This document shows, in pieces, positions 52,701 to 64,000 of a stretch of DNA of 64,000 nt. The position numbers and the translations under genes are program-made. The stretch lies in assembly GCF_963853765.1 (NCBI RefSeq), contig NC_088860.1, forward strand, positions 12,958,001 to 13,022,000, read 5' to 3'. The notes below the pieces were generated by a model, which was not told the DNA's origin, searched no databases, and was given only the letters and a program-made list of their open reading frames with translations. Source of the stretch: Magallana gigas. Its lineage: Eukaryota. The number at the start of each line of letters is the position of its first letter. The first letter of the stretch is position 1.

Positions 52701-53347
52701 TTTTATCAAAAAAAGAAAGAAAATAAATACAACCCTTTAGCATGCTAATATTTTAATAAAACTATCATCCACTTAAGATTAGTTACATAAACAGCTTATG
52801 TTATGAGTGTAACTTTTACTTAAAAATGATTACAATATCATCTTAATATTTTTCTTAAATCTTGAATGGTCATCTCGGGTATTTAAATGATAGACATAAT
52901 GTTTAATTTAAATGCTAAAAGACCTTTGGCGAGCGAGCGAGAAACGTAGCTTAAAGCTTATTTAATCAAAGCTTTTGCTTGCTTTTTTTAAAATGTCACA
53001 ATTCACAGTCATTACTGCAAGACATTCAATTCTGTAAACACGATTACTGATAAAAATAAGGCAAAGACTGCGAATATGTTTAAAATAATTTTAATTAAAA
53101 AAAATAGGATTTAAATGAAATCTGGTCCCATCAATGATAGCATAACCAAAATCCAGAGTTTTATATGTCGCTTATAATCAACTTTAAGTCAATTAAACAT
53201 TTTTGATAGCATTTTAATTAAACAGAATATTCATTTTCATCAAAAAGTTTATTGAAAATCCACTCCTACACTACTATGATATAGAAGTAGTAATAATCCT
53301 ATAAAAGTATATCACGTTTGTTGAATTATTATAACATGTTTGTCTAC

Positions 53348-53408
53348 TCCACTTGGACAAGTGGATATGACACAACGGAAACGTACGTCAATAAAAGACT
53401 TTATAAAA
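53348..53408 (+). promoter_or_regulatory. Candidate astacin core promoter
   Basis: TATAAAA at 53402-08, about 50 nt before the ATG (53456). Upstream lie the palindrome TCCACTTG-GA-CAAGTGGA (two inverted E-boxes) and a CGTCA half-CRE. Function is inferred. Confidence 0.5.
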
Positions 53409-53455
53409 AGCGTATACAGACTCTCAAGTTAAGGACTGTATGATATCCGACAGCT

Positions 53456-56400
53456 ATGAAGGAAAACATATATGTTTTGGTATTTATTAATGTTTCTTTT
53501 ATATTTTTTTCTGTTTTTTTTTCTTTTTCGGAAATTTATTTTGTTTATTTGTTTGTATTTATATTTCTTAGAAGTGGTGTTTTAGACTGATTTAAACACG
53601 CTATTACATTTTTTTTTTAAATAATAATATTTAACGTTTTAAAGTTTTGAAAGTTGACTCACGCCATTAATTATGGTACATTTAATTACTGCTTAATTCT
53701 ATATTCTTTAATCTGATTTTTTACATAATGACAATGTTGAAATATGCAATTTCTTTTGAACGTGCTTTTTTAATGAGATGTTTCTACATGTAGCATGTTT
53801 TCAATCTTAAACTGTTGCTAGGAGATTTTTATTTTGATCTTATTTTACCAGATATGTGTGGCATTTGTCTACCTTTGTAATGGACAGCTAGACAGGAAGC
53901 AACCACCAAAAGATCTGACCATGGACCAAATCATGTCAAGAATGCTAGGCGGATATGACGGTAAACTACCTAAATCAATTAAATGGCACCAGACATCCAA
54001 ATAAGTTGTAGATTGTAGGCTTAGCCCGATCGCAATTCATTCGATAAGCGAGTTCGATGTGTGTACCGGTGATTTTGTTGTAATAGGCGGTAGCGAAAAG
54101 AATGAAAACCGAATCACAAAATGATCATAAACGCAAACACATCTATGAGTCGATAACAAAACTATGTAATGGTGTGTTTAACTAATTTTACATTAGACAT
54201 GTCTTATAATTAGATCAACATCGCCTACATACATTCGGATATGAACTTTTGTTGGGCAATGCATAAAATCGGAATTCTTGCAAAAAATAATTGACAGCAA
54301 AAATATTTCAAAGGTCGCTAGTGTAATGAAATTGATTTTTTACACAACCGTTGCGTTCCTCAACAGATTTTTTTTTAAATCTCCTTTATTTTAGATGAAT
54401 TTGATGCGTTGCCTTATCAGATAATCCTGTTGTGTATATTTCATACATTGTATGTTTTGTTTTTAATTCTGTGTTAAGATGGAGTGTCCCCACCATTCTA
54501 TTGGCCACGGACGGACAGTTTTCAAATTAATTTCATTGGAGTTACGATGTAGATATGATATCACAAAATATGAAACATACATCAGAAGATATTAATCATA
54601 CATCATAAGATTTTGAATAAATATCACACGATATTGAATAATTATCATAACATTTTGAATATCCTGTATTACCAAAAAAAAACTAACATTTACACGGCAG
54701 TGTTGATTGCTTTGGATAAAGCACGTGTTTTGGAATTCTTTGACGGGGGTCATACCGTTTTCAATGCATCACTCTTTTCTTGATAACTTTGAAATATATT
54801 ATTTTACCCGAATTAATTTTAAATGTATATATAAATTCTTGCATATATAAGCAAAAAACTGTGTAAGTATTTTATAAAAGATTTTCTTCCTACGTTGTTC
54901 GTTCTTAATCGTTTAAATTTTGAGGTTTCGGGTAAAGTTTTCGTTTACAATTTTAATTTGCTCCCTTCGATGTCATCCTTTAGTGTCAGTAGAAGATAGG
55001 ACTCTGATTTATACATGGATTCTTTGGGTTACCCATATCTTTTTTAAATGACCCTCATATACATGAACATAATGTTATGCTAATTTTGTAAATTAAAAAT
55101 GATCTTCTTCCAGCGATTGCCAACCGACTTACATTACCAGGAGGGTTGGTTTTAAAGGAACTTGACATGTACTTGACAGAAACCCAGTTTAAAGCTTTAA
55201 ATGCTAAAACGTAAGTTTACAGAGTGATATATTTTTTGACCTCTAAAAACTTTAAGAGCACTTGAAAGCTGTTGAGTTTCCATATGTAACATATAATAGT
55301 TTCACAACATTGGACTAAAATTAAAAGTCAATACTAAATGATCGAGTTGATAATTGCGTCACACATTTTTTTTTAAATTTTCATTGGGTGCTTTTGTGTT
55401 TCCATTTACATGTATTTTTTTCTATTTATTATTATTCCCCTAAAAGATATCTGATTTTAGAAGTTGTATTTGTTATTATTCCCCTAAGAGCTATCTGATT
55501 TTAAGAGTTGTATTTTAGAAAAAGAAAAAGAAGAAAGGCCATCAGCAATGCAAATGGATATTGGAGTGGTGGAGTTATGCCTTACACGTTTTCCCCAGGA
55601 CGTTATGGTGTGTAGTTTATTGAAGTAAAAATATCAAAATCGGGGAGGAGAAAGATAATTGGATAGAGTAACTGAAAATTGGGATTTAAAAGCTTCATTA
55701 TAAAAGTAAAATATCAAACATTACATTGATTGAAAAAAAATATTATTAATTGAGTTGTGATATTATACAGATATCATACCTGAGTTGACATGTATAATAT
55801 AAGTGTTTGTGTGTACAGATGTTGCTGACCAGTATTTTGTTAAAGTTGCGATGAGAGAGCTAGAAAAATACACATGTCTCCGATTTAAACCCAGAACCAA
55901 TGAACAAGACTACGTGGATTTCATTGATGCTCAGGGGTAAGGCATGGCTACATGTAAGTCAGCCAGAAAACAATGATTAACAATCTACATCAAAATCTAT
56001 CGTGATTATAAATGTTCTGCAACGTTGTGATTACAAAAATAACCCAACAAATCCTATATTACATTGATTAATTATTTAAATGCTTTTTATAGATGTTGGT
56101 CACAACTTGGCAAGCAAGGAGGTAGACAAGAATTAAGCTTAGATAGAAATGGGTGCCGATTTGTAAGTATCTCATTGTGTTTTATATAGGTATGCTTTTT
56201 GATAAATTCATTTGTGAATATCTATCTATTTACCCAGATGAGCACGTTTATTAAATTGTTGGACTACAAAGCATAGCTGCTTAATTCGGAGACCAAACTA
56301 AAGACAAAAATAATGATTAAGAGCAAAGACTTGCTTCTACCTCAAAATGTCATTCTTAGGAACATACTATTTTTATCAAACTGAATTGGTTAGATTTTCG

Positions 56401-57106
56401 TTAATATGAATGTAAATGTATTTGTCGAGTGCTTGTACTTGTGGTTGTAATTTGGGGTTTTTTCTTACCAAATTTCAGAAAGGCCTTTATTTACATGAAA
56501 TTGGTCATGCTATTGGTCTCATTCACGAACAAAATAGACCTGATCGGGACGAGTTCATTCGCATCAACGTTCAAAACATACAACCAGGCCTGCAGAGCCA
56601 ATTTGAGAAGTACCCGGAATCTTACATCAATACTCGAAACGTTCAGTACGATTTCCCTTCAGTCATGCACTATGGAGTGACGGTAAGTTTTACCATTGAC
56701 ATATAAAAGTTCATCTTTTAACTGTTACAAATCAATAACAACTTAACCATTTTCTATGAGTCAACAACGTAGCTTCATAAGATATAATCAGTCGTTGTAA
56801 ATATAACATTAAAACGTGGAAAACATAAAAGTAAAATCTTCCTGTCTGCATCTGGATCGAGCCATGAATAACTTTAAGGGAGCTTAAATAAAATTGTGAA
56901 TTGTAGATTGCCTTAAATGGGTCAAGTACAAGTATTCTAATAAGGATGAATCACCGGGATTTTTTGTAAAACTCTCTTCAGACACTTTTCCGTCTTAATA
57001 AAAATTATGTTTTCGATATAATACAGTGAAATCAAGCGAAAGAGAAGTCATTTGATAGATCTAAAATATATCACAGTCAGGAAGTAATCTAAAAAAAAAA
57101 GACCTA

Positions 57107-57158
<52 letters not shown>

Positions 57159-57473
57159 CATATAGAATACATATATATAGAATACACTGTAGACTAAAGT
57201 TGACATAAACTCACATCAAAAGAAGGACAAGTATAACTGCACATAGTTACCAAAATCAATTGTCATTTATCAAATCATCCGAGTTATTTCTCTTAGAAAT
57301 GATCCATTAAATTGTAATGGTTAAGCCTTTAACATCGTTATTAATGCAACGAAAAAAAAGGATGATGAGATAGATAAATCTGTATATACGTGAACACTGT
57401 TCCGTATTTCATATCAAATAAATCTTCAGACTTAAACGTTTTCTGGTAACCAAACGAGATGATCAAGATAAAA

Positions 57474-57507
<34 letters not shown>

Positions 57508-60500
57508 TGAAACACAATAAAATCCACAGTGGTCGGCGAGTTATAGATAAAAATTAGATAAGAAAACAAACGTTCAATATAGCTTAAGCGCTTTCATTTT
57601 AAAATCTTCAGAAGCTATATAATATATATAGCTTCTGAAGATTTTAAAATGAAAGCGCTTAAGCTATACTGAACGTNNNNNNNNNNNNNNNNNNNNNNNN
57701 NNNNNNNNNNNNNNNNNNNNNNNNNNNNNNNNNNNNNNNNNNNNNNNNNNNNNNNNNNNNNNNNNNNNNNNNNNNNNNNNNNNNNNNNNNNNNNNNNNNN
57801 NNNNNNNNNNNNNTAACTGCAACATAGCAGTTGAACCATACCTTCTATAATACACTGTATAACTTGCCATAGACGAACACAAACACACACCCGCCTTTGA
57901 ATTATTTTGGGTAAGAAAGTAGTCTTTGTCTGTTTGTCTGTTGACTAGTTTTGACTGTTCTACATACCTATATTGACTTCGTTTTGGCTGTTTTTCTATT
58001 GACTAGATTAGACTGTTAGGCCTCTAGTGATTATTTACCAGTCTTTGGCTTTTCTATTCTATTTTCTGGGTATTGGCTATTCTTTTAACTGAGCTTTGGC
58101 TGTTTTTCTATTAACTAGGTTTTAATTGTTAATTCTTTAAATTAAGTTTTGATTGTTCTGCTGACTTAGTTTTCACTGTTATACTCTTCACTAGAATTTG
58201 CATGTTCTTTTATTTAAAAAGTTCTGGCCGTTACTCTCCTCTTTTGAATATATTTTGATTGTTCTTTTATTGTCTAGGCTTTGTCTGGTTTGTTACTGCC
58301 TGAGTAATGGCTATCCTTTAAACAACATTTTGGCTGTTCTTTAATTGTCTGAGTATTGCCTGTTCTTCTGCAGAGTAGGTTTTTATATTCTTCTATTGCC
58401 TAGGCTTTGTCTTTATGTCTATTATAAAGAATTGACTCAATTTTTTATTGCCTGAGTATTGACTGTTCTGGACAAAGATTATTGACAGTTCTGGCTTTTT
58501 CGTCTATTGACTAGGTTCTGACTACACTTCTATTGACTTGATTTTAACTCTTTCTTTAATTGGCTAGGCATTCAGTAGAGACGGCAGCAGTCCCACGATA
58601 TCAGCTCAGCCAGCCTACAAAGACAGGGAGGAAGAGATCGGTAGAGTCTACCAGAAGGAATTGTCATTTGGAGACGTGAAGGTTTTAAATGCCATGTACA
58701 AATGTAGTAAGTTCTCATTATATTTTTCGATAATATTGTTTCAGTTTCTTTTTGTACATGTATAGTTGAGGTATATTTTCAAGATCTCTTTCAAAAATTC
58801 TTCTTCCTTTATTAGACAATGATCGCGATTTCTGTATGTCAAACCAAGAATCCTTAGGCTTAAGGTTTTAAATATAATGTGCAGTTACAGACGACTTGTG
58901 GAAATTGCAATTTATAGACATGAAAAATGTTTTGTAAAATTTTTAGGCATTCATTGCACAAACACTATCTGTAATAATGGCGGGTATCTGGACCAAAATT
59001 GCGAGTGTATTTGCCCTGACGGATCATCTGACTGTCAGCAAGGAAAAACAAGACAAAATCCTGGTAAAAAAATTACAAAATATCTTTTAAAAAATAAAAC
59101 ATTTCATTTAAATCTTTTAAAATGATGATTTAGAATATAATACCAAGAGGTTACAAAACTCTATTCTCGCATTCATTCATTTTTCACGTTCAACATTTGT
59201 AATAAAACTCTCTTCTCGCGAACTAATCAACATTTTTATCTTCGAAGGTTGCACAAATGTAGCCAACGACTGGAAATGTAACATTTGGGCAAAACAGGGT
59301 GAATGTCGAAGACGCCCAAGTTGGATGAATGAAAACTGTGCGCGCGCATGTGGTGTCTGTGGAAACGAACAAAATATTCGGCAAGGTAAATCCTCAGGGG
59401 TTTTTTTTTAGAAATTTTTCTCAGATAAGCTCACATTTATTTATTTTAAATTAATTGTTATGTAAGTAAAAAAAATAAACAAAACACGCAGTTGTGAAGT
59501 AACAAATATGATTTTGAAGGGAAAAACATCAGAACTAGTTCTAGAACAGTTTCATGATTATTGAGCTCTCAGGTGATTATCCGCTGCTGAGTGTTGAGTT
59601 TAAACAAATAACTTGACAACAGACAGAGGCAATTATGCATATGTATCAATGTGATGTGACAAACTGTCAAAAAATGAGATATGTAAAATAAGATGATGTT
59701 TTACCCAATTTATCTGTAAATTTTATATGCAAATTTTACTTCTCTATTATTTTTAAGACCAGGAAAACAAATGCGAGAACATTTATGATGACACCACTTG
59801 TGACAAATGGAAAGAAAATGGTGATTGTGTGGTAGCAGAGGACTGGATGAGGCAAAATTGCAAGAAGACCTGCAAGTATTGTGACCCAAACAACCCCAGA
59901 CCAAGTAGTAAGTCAGTCCAAATTCATCTATAGCAAACGTTAATGTTGTTGTCAGATATTCTTACTTTGGTAAAATTTTCACAAGATATAATTTTACAGC
60001 CTAAGGGAGATTATACATGCTATTGTTATGGTTCAATTCTTCACAGAAATAGTAACAGTCTAAAGGAGATTATACACGGTACTACATTGTAATTTAATGT
60101 ATTTGGTGATTTAAGCTCACCTGAGCAAAACAAATATTTACATCCACCAAGTATGACTCCCTCTTTTTTTAGAAAGTGATTTTACATTCATAGCCCTGTA
60201 GAAACTGGCAGGACTATAATCTACACGCGCGTTTTACCGATTTGTTGATACCAACCTAAAAGATCACGTACTCCACGTTAAAATTTATCGGATGTCAGAC
60301 TCAAATTCTTATAGGAGAGAATTCTTTTATTTAACGTACTGGTGTACATAAACAATAATTTACTTAATTTTTCTTTTCTTTTTCACAATCAATTTATTAA
60401 TTTGTTTTAAAAAATGTAAATATGTACAATTAATAAATGTTATCCATGGCATTGCATTCAGTGTATGAAGCTTGCGATCATTGAAGAAAAAAATTACATA

Positions 60501-61550
60501 ACGCGCTAACGCGAGTAATGACATATGATATCTACATAGATATGATATCTTGACTGCTTTTTCTTTGGAATGTTAAACTGGAATATTTTTTTTATATCAG
60601 CCAATTGTGTAAATGCACACTCGAATGATGCCAAATGTAGAGAATGGGCACTGGATGGAGAATGTGCAATCAACCCTGCCTGGATGACTGTCAACTGTGC
60701 AAGTGACTGTCACACGTGCAAAAACAACGAAAGCTTACCGGATGGAGGAATGAAAACGACGCGAGGGGTGGTCGTAACCAGGCCGCCCGTCGTCACCACC
60801 CCACCCCCTACTACTCCCACTCCAAGTATGCATCGATCTGATTTGGACATATATTTTTTCATTATTATGTAAATTTTAAAGAAATGTATTGAGCAGCAGG
60901 CATTGTCTTAGTAAGCCCTCTCATTGGGAAGCATTCACCACGGTATGCTTCAGAGTGTATGATTACTTATCTGTGATATACGTGGTTGTCTGAAGAAAAA
61001 AATGTTCTAATACCGTTAAATTCTTTTACGTTGTTGAAAAGAAAACTTTGATGTTCATTTGAGATGGGATTTTGATATGATCTTTACATGTAAAATTCGT
61101 GTCTTGAATGTGCCAATCTTTCTGCCTTGATATTAACTTAGAAAACAAATTATGTAATCGGAATATATTCACAATTGTTTCTAAAAAAAAACTTATTTTA
61201 ATGTTAATACAACATTTTTTTATTCAACATCAATGTGGAAGGATAAAAATAAAAGAATGAAATTGATCTGTCCTTTTGCGTTATCGACTACTAGTATTTT
61301 GAGATATTGTTTTTATTTTATTGTTACATTTTATAAATACTAATTTACAGATAATTGCGAGGACAGGTACCCCACAGCAAACTGTCGAGATTTCCAAACC
61401 AAGTGGAACTTTTGTAGCATACATAAGATGTGGATGGAGGCGAATTGCATGAAAACCTGTGGTCTATGTGGCGGAGGGGAGAGAGAGAAAGGTCGGTAAA
61501 CTTAACAAAACTAAATTTGTTTTTGTAATACAGTTATACACAGAGAATCC

Positions 61551-61599
<49 letters not shown>

Positions 61600-62659
61600 A
61601 ATAATTTGTTTAATGGCCCTGCCTTTGAAAGTGTAAATACTGAAAAAGGAAGTTAACAATGGTTACCATTTTTGTAGATGGAACAAAATATATTGATGAA
61701 TATTTTCATATAATTTGTAAAAGTCAAAAATTTTAAGTTATATTTCGAGCGGTTTATTTAAACTAAAAGTACGAAATGTATTCTTAATTAATCTACTTTC
61801 TTTGATTCTTAGAATCAGTTAAAAAAAAACTTCCAAAAGCGACTGTTAAGAACACAAAAGATAAAAACATTCGCATGAAGATCTGTTTTTGGAGTAATAG
61901 TAAATAATAAATTATAATGTACTATGTGGATCATTATGATATATTCTGCAGATCAGGTCGATGATAAAATGTCTCTTTAAATGTTTTATTTTAATATACT
62001 TTTCTACCTATCTAGAAATTGATGACTGTAAAGATGATAACAAACAGTGTCCTGTCTGGGCCCGGGGCAACCAATGTGTCATCAACCCAGGCTACATGCT
62101 CAAATACTGCATGAAATCCTGCCGTGTTTGCACCTCAGGTATCATAAATTATATAATTTGAAAACATTGAAAAAATGATCAAACCAAATCAAAGAAGAAT
62201 GGGGAAAATACAATTTAGATATTTTTTGGAATTCTAATAATTTACAAAAATCATCTTCAAATAAATTAAGTATTTCAGTCTTATATTAAAAAAGGAGAAA
62301 GAATTTTAGATGATCGATAAAAGATGTTTTAACCAGCCGCTTGTACCTTAGTTAAAGAAAAAACAAACCAAGAGAAATATTGCTCATGTGAAATAAACAC
62401 ATATTGCAAAAGTTTACATGGAGAGTACACTTAAGATTTATAAGACTTATATGTTAATTTAAAATGTAATATATTTTTATACTTGCTATCACGTGAATAT
62501 TAACTTTATACAAACCATCTATTTGAAGGACTTCGCGAGGGATCTCAGCAACTGGTTGAACAGTTTACAGCAGAAAGTGGGTCAACAAGAATAAACGTTA
62601 ATGCGGCGCACCTCTTTTCAGCAGTTTTCTTTGTTATATTTTCCGTTTTGCATTGTTAG
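53456..62659 (+). CDS. Astacin (M12A) zinc metalloprotease: signal, pro, astacin, EGF-like, 5x ShKT, probable GPI signal; 15 exons, 624 aa
   Basis: Exons 53456-479, 53852-960, 55114-210, 55519-607, 55819-936, 56093-162, 56479-682, 58568-706, 58947-59063, 59248-385, 59758-907, 60601-825, 61351-491, 62016-138, 62529-659 (TAG); all GT-AG and frame-consistent (1875 nt). Signal MKENIYVLICVAFVYLCNG; pro-segment ELDM; furin-like site KRKRRK/AIS; HEIGHAIGLIHE; Met-turn SVMHY; five C-x-W-C-M-C-C-C units; hydrophobic tail LFSAVFFVIFSVLHC*. Confidence 0.92.
57109..57154. repeat. (AG)n microsatellite in astacin intron 7
   Basis: About 23 AG units. Confidence 0.95.
57481..57676. mobile_element. Penelope-like terminal remnant: (TA)n tail plus inverted pair of hammerhead-like motifs
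   Basis: Palindrome 57570-57676 (52-bp arms, 1 mismatch). Each arm reads TATAGCTT-CTGAAGA-TTTTAAAAT-GAAA-GCGC-TT-AAGCTATA. The minus-strand copy is followed ~70 nt later by (TA)n, the same layout as the Penelope end at 63504-63650. Confidence 0.6.
57677..57813. other. Assembly gap (137 N)
   Basis: Run of N directly after the palindrome. Confidence 0.99.
57930..58560 (+). repeat. Degenerate ~26-bp T-rich minisatellite
   Basis: Recurring TCTATTGACTAGGTTTTGACTGTTCT-like units, running up to the exon 8 acceptor. Confidence 0.6.
61552..61596 (+). repeat. (GAT)15 trinucleotide repeat in astacin intron 13
   Basis: 15 perfect GAT units. Confidence 0.95.
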
Positions 62660-63460
62660 AGACTGAACTATAAATGTGAACGCTTAAATCCTGGAAACAA
62701 TAGTGTTGAACAACCAAAGATGAGGGAACCAAAACAAATTATGAAAAAAACCAATCATAACCATTTATAGTGTATATCAAACGAAATTATTTTTAAAATC
62801 TTTGAAAAAGATTAAATTAGCCGATTTACCATATTTTTTTATAATTCGATGTGCCATATTTCTATTTATTATTCATTTAATTGGTAAAGGGGGTGATTTT
62901 TATACATTGAATTTTATGTGTTTTATGTTATTTATTATATTTATGTTTTTTATGTTGTATCTGTTTCTTTGAATGTTTGTCCAACTCTTAACATATGTTT
63001 CAAAATCATGATCTTTCTGCTACTTTATTCTCAAACACTATGCAATTTTTCTGCCATATGCATCTTTTTGTTTGATACATCATACATAATCATTTACAAA
63101 AAAAAAATACAATAAATCTTAACATTGCAATAGATTTATGGGTTGTTTTTTTAAAGAGAGTGTAATGTTGGAAATAGAGTATCCCAACGAAATCGACTTC
63201 TGTGCTGAATATTTTTAACTTGCTGAAAATGTAACGTATCCAAATTTCAAAACGTATAACGAAATTTAAGCGATCAATATGGTTTCTTGTGAGAATATAG
63301 CTATTGCTCAAAACAAAATAGATTAAAAAATCGTTCATCTTGCTATAAGATTGTGATGACCTAATTATTTAATCGTATAAATTATTTAAGTACATTTTAA
63401 ACCAGACTGATATTAAGAATATGGTGAAAAAGATAAAAAAAAAACACTGTGGCGAATAAT

Positions 63461-63503
63461 TATGCCAGTGCCAAGGTGGCATTTTTGCACCCGTCTAAAC
63501 TGC
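63461..63503 (+). mobile_element. Left TIR of the same family as 24862-25368
   Basis: TATGCCAGTGCCAAGGTGGCATTTTTGCACCCGTCTAAACTGC closely matches 24862-24904. It is followed by the (AT)n tail of the Penelope element. Confidence 0.7.
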
Positions 63504-63607
63504 ATATATATATATATATATATATATATAACAAAAAATAAATCGGCACAGTTTTAAATAATTTAAAAATGATAAATATCCAGAATAAAATCACAAATTG
63601 ATCCTAT

Positions 63608-63650
63608 TAACCGCAAACGTTTTCGCCATTCCTGGCTCTTCAGGCAGTTA
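63608..63650 (-). ncRNA. Minimal type I hammerhead ribozyme
   Basis: 5'-TAACTGC CTGAAGA GCCA-GGAA-TGGC GAAA ACGT TT^GCGGTTA-3'. Stem I is 7 bp (one G:U), the core is CUGANGA/GAAA, stem II is 4 bp closed G-C, helix III is the palindrome ACGT, and the cleavage triplet is UUU. Confidence 0.8.
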
Positions 63651-63825
63651 TGTACAAATGACTAATATGTAACGTAGTAACGTCAATAAGCAAAAGTTCA
63701 TTGTGACGTCATAATAACGTTAAAGTAGCGGAAAGTTAGAGTCACAGAGCAAAAAGGCGCTAAAAAAATAATAATCGCAAATATAACAAATGATTCAATT
63801 ATATCACATGCATATAATAAATTTT

Positions 63826-63999
63826 TCACTGGGTGCGATTAAGTTTTGGTTTAAATAATTTAATAAAGTGGTCTTCCTTGGCTAAGCGCAGTATTTCATT
63901 TTCATTTGGAAGTTTATAAAATGGGAATAGGGTAAATTTTCCCTGGCCGCATTCAGCAAAATGTTCACAGCATGGAGTATTACGAACACTCGGGTCTTT
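63826..63999 (-). CDS. C-terminus of Penelope-type GIY-YIG endonuclease (partial; not in ORF track)
   Basis: KDPSVRNTPCCEHFAECGQGKFTLFPFYKLPNENEILRLAKEDHFIKLFKPKLNRTQ*. The HF...R...E..FI...KP.LN pattern is the GIY-YIG C-terminal signature of PLE ORFs. Confidence 0.78.
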   Translation of the reverse strand, partial: KDPSVRNTPCCEHFAECGQGKFTLFPFYKLPNENEILRLAKEDHFIKLFKPKLNRTQ

Positions 64000-64000
64000 A

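Larger units (their letters stand above)
63504..64000 (-). mobile_element. 3' end of a Penelope-like retroelement (continues beyond window)
   Basis: On the minus strand: GIY-YIG C-terminus, 3' UTR/pLTR with TGACGTCA and a hammerhead, then (AT)n at 63504-30. Confidence 0.8.

Noticed and set aside
53378-53390. GAAA-CGTACG-TC, resembling a hammerhead helix III with GUC
   Set aside because: There is no CUGANGA upstream; it is better read as a CRE-like promoter element.
57405-57435. Minus-strand CTGAAGA...GAAA near the palindrome
   Set aside because: It lacks a palindromic helix III and a complementary stem I.
59905-59913. Tandem donor GTAGTAAGT at the end of astacin exon 11
   Set aside because: Both options keep the frame (one-residue difference); the consensus GTAAGT was used.

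Overview
AT-rich eukaryotic (intron-containing) scaffold segment with two N gaps. The repeat content and gene style suggest a bivalve, probably a Crassostrea/Magallana-type oyster (inference). Three host genes were assembled by hand from splice sites. (1) The 3' 18 exons of a proline-rich, multi-phosphotyrosine SLP-76/BLNK-family SH2 adaptor (+, 3..13553). (2) A single-coding-exon GPR83/NPY-receptor-like class A GPCR (-, 18565..19842) whose NPxxY motif reads NSxxY. (3) A complete 15-exon astacin metalloprotease (+, 53456..62659; 624 aa) with EGF-like, five ShKT domains and a probable GPI-anchor signal. The rest is a dense mobilome: a near-full-length two-ORF LINE, two Helentron-type HINE elements carrying ~165-bp satellite arrays, a Helitron, and Kolobok-, IS3EU-, MULE-, Harbinger- and mariner-type MITEs, some nested. 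A Penelope-like element end (GIY-YIG C-terminus, missed by the ORF track) carries a minimal hammerhead ribozyme. The most unusual observations are a head-to-head inverted pair of hammerhead-like motifs forming a ~107-bp palindrome in astacin intron 7, and a LINE ORF2 that follows the ORF1 TAG in frame with no AUG before the endonuclease motifs. No CRISPR arrays, rRNA or intact tRNA genes were seen. All calls come from manual reading; no database searches were run.
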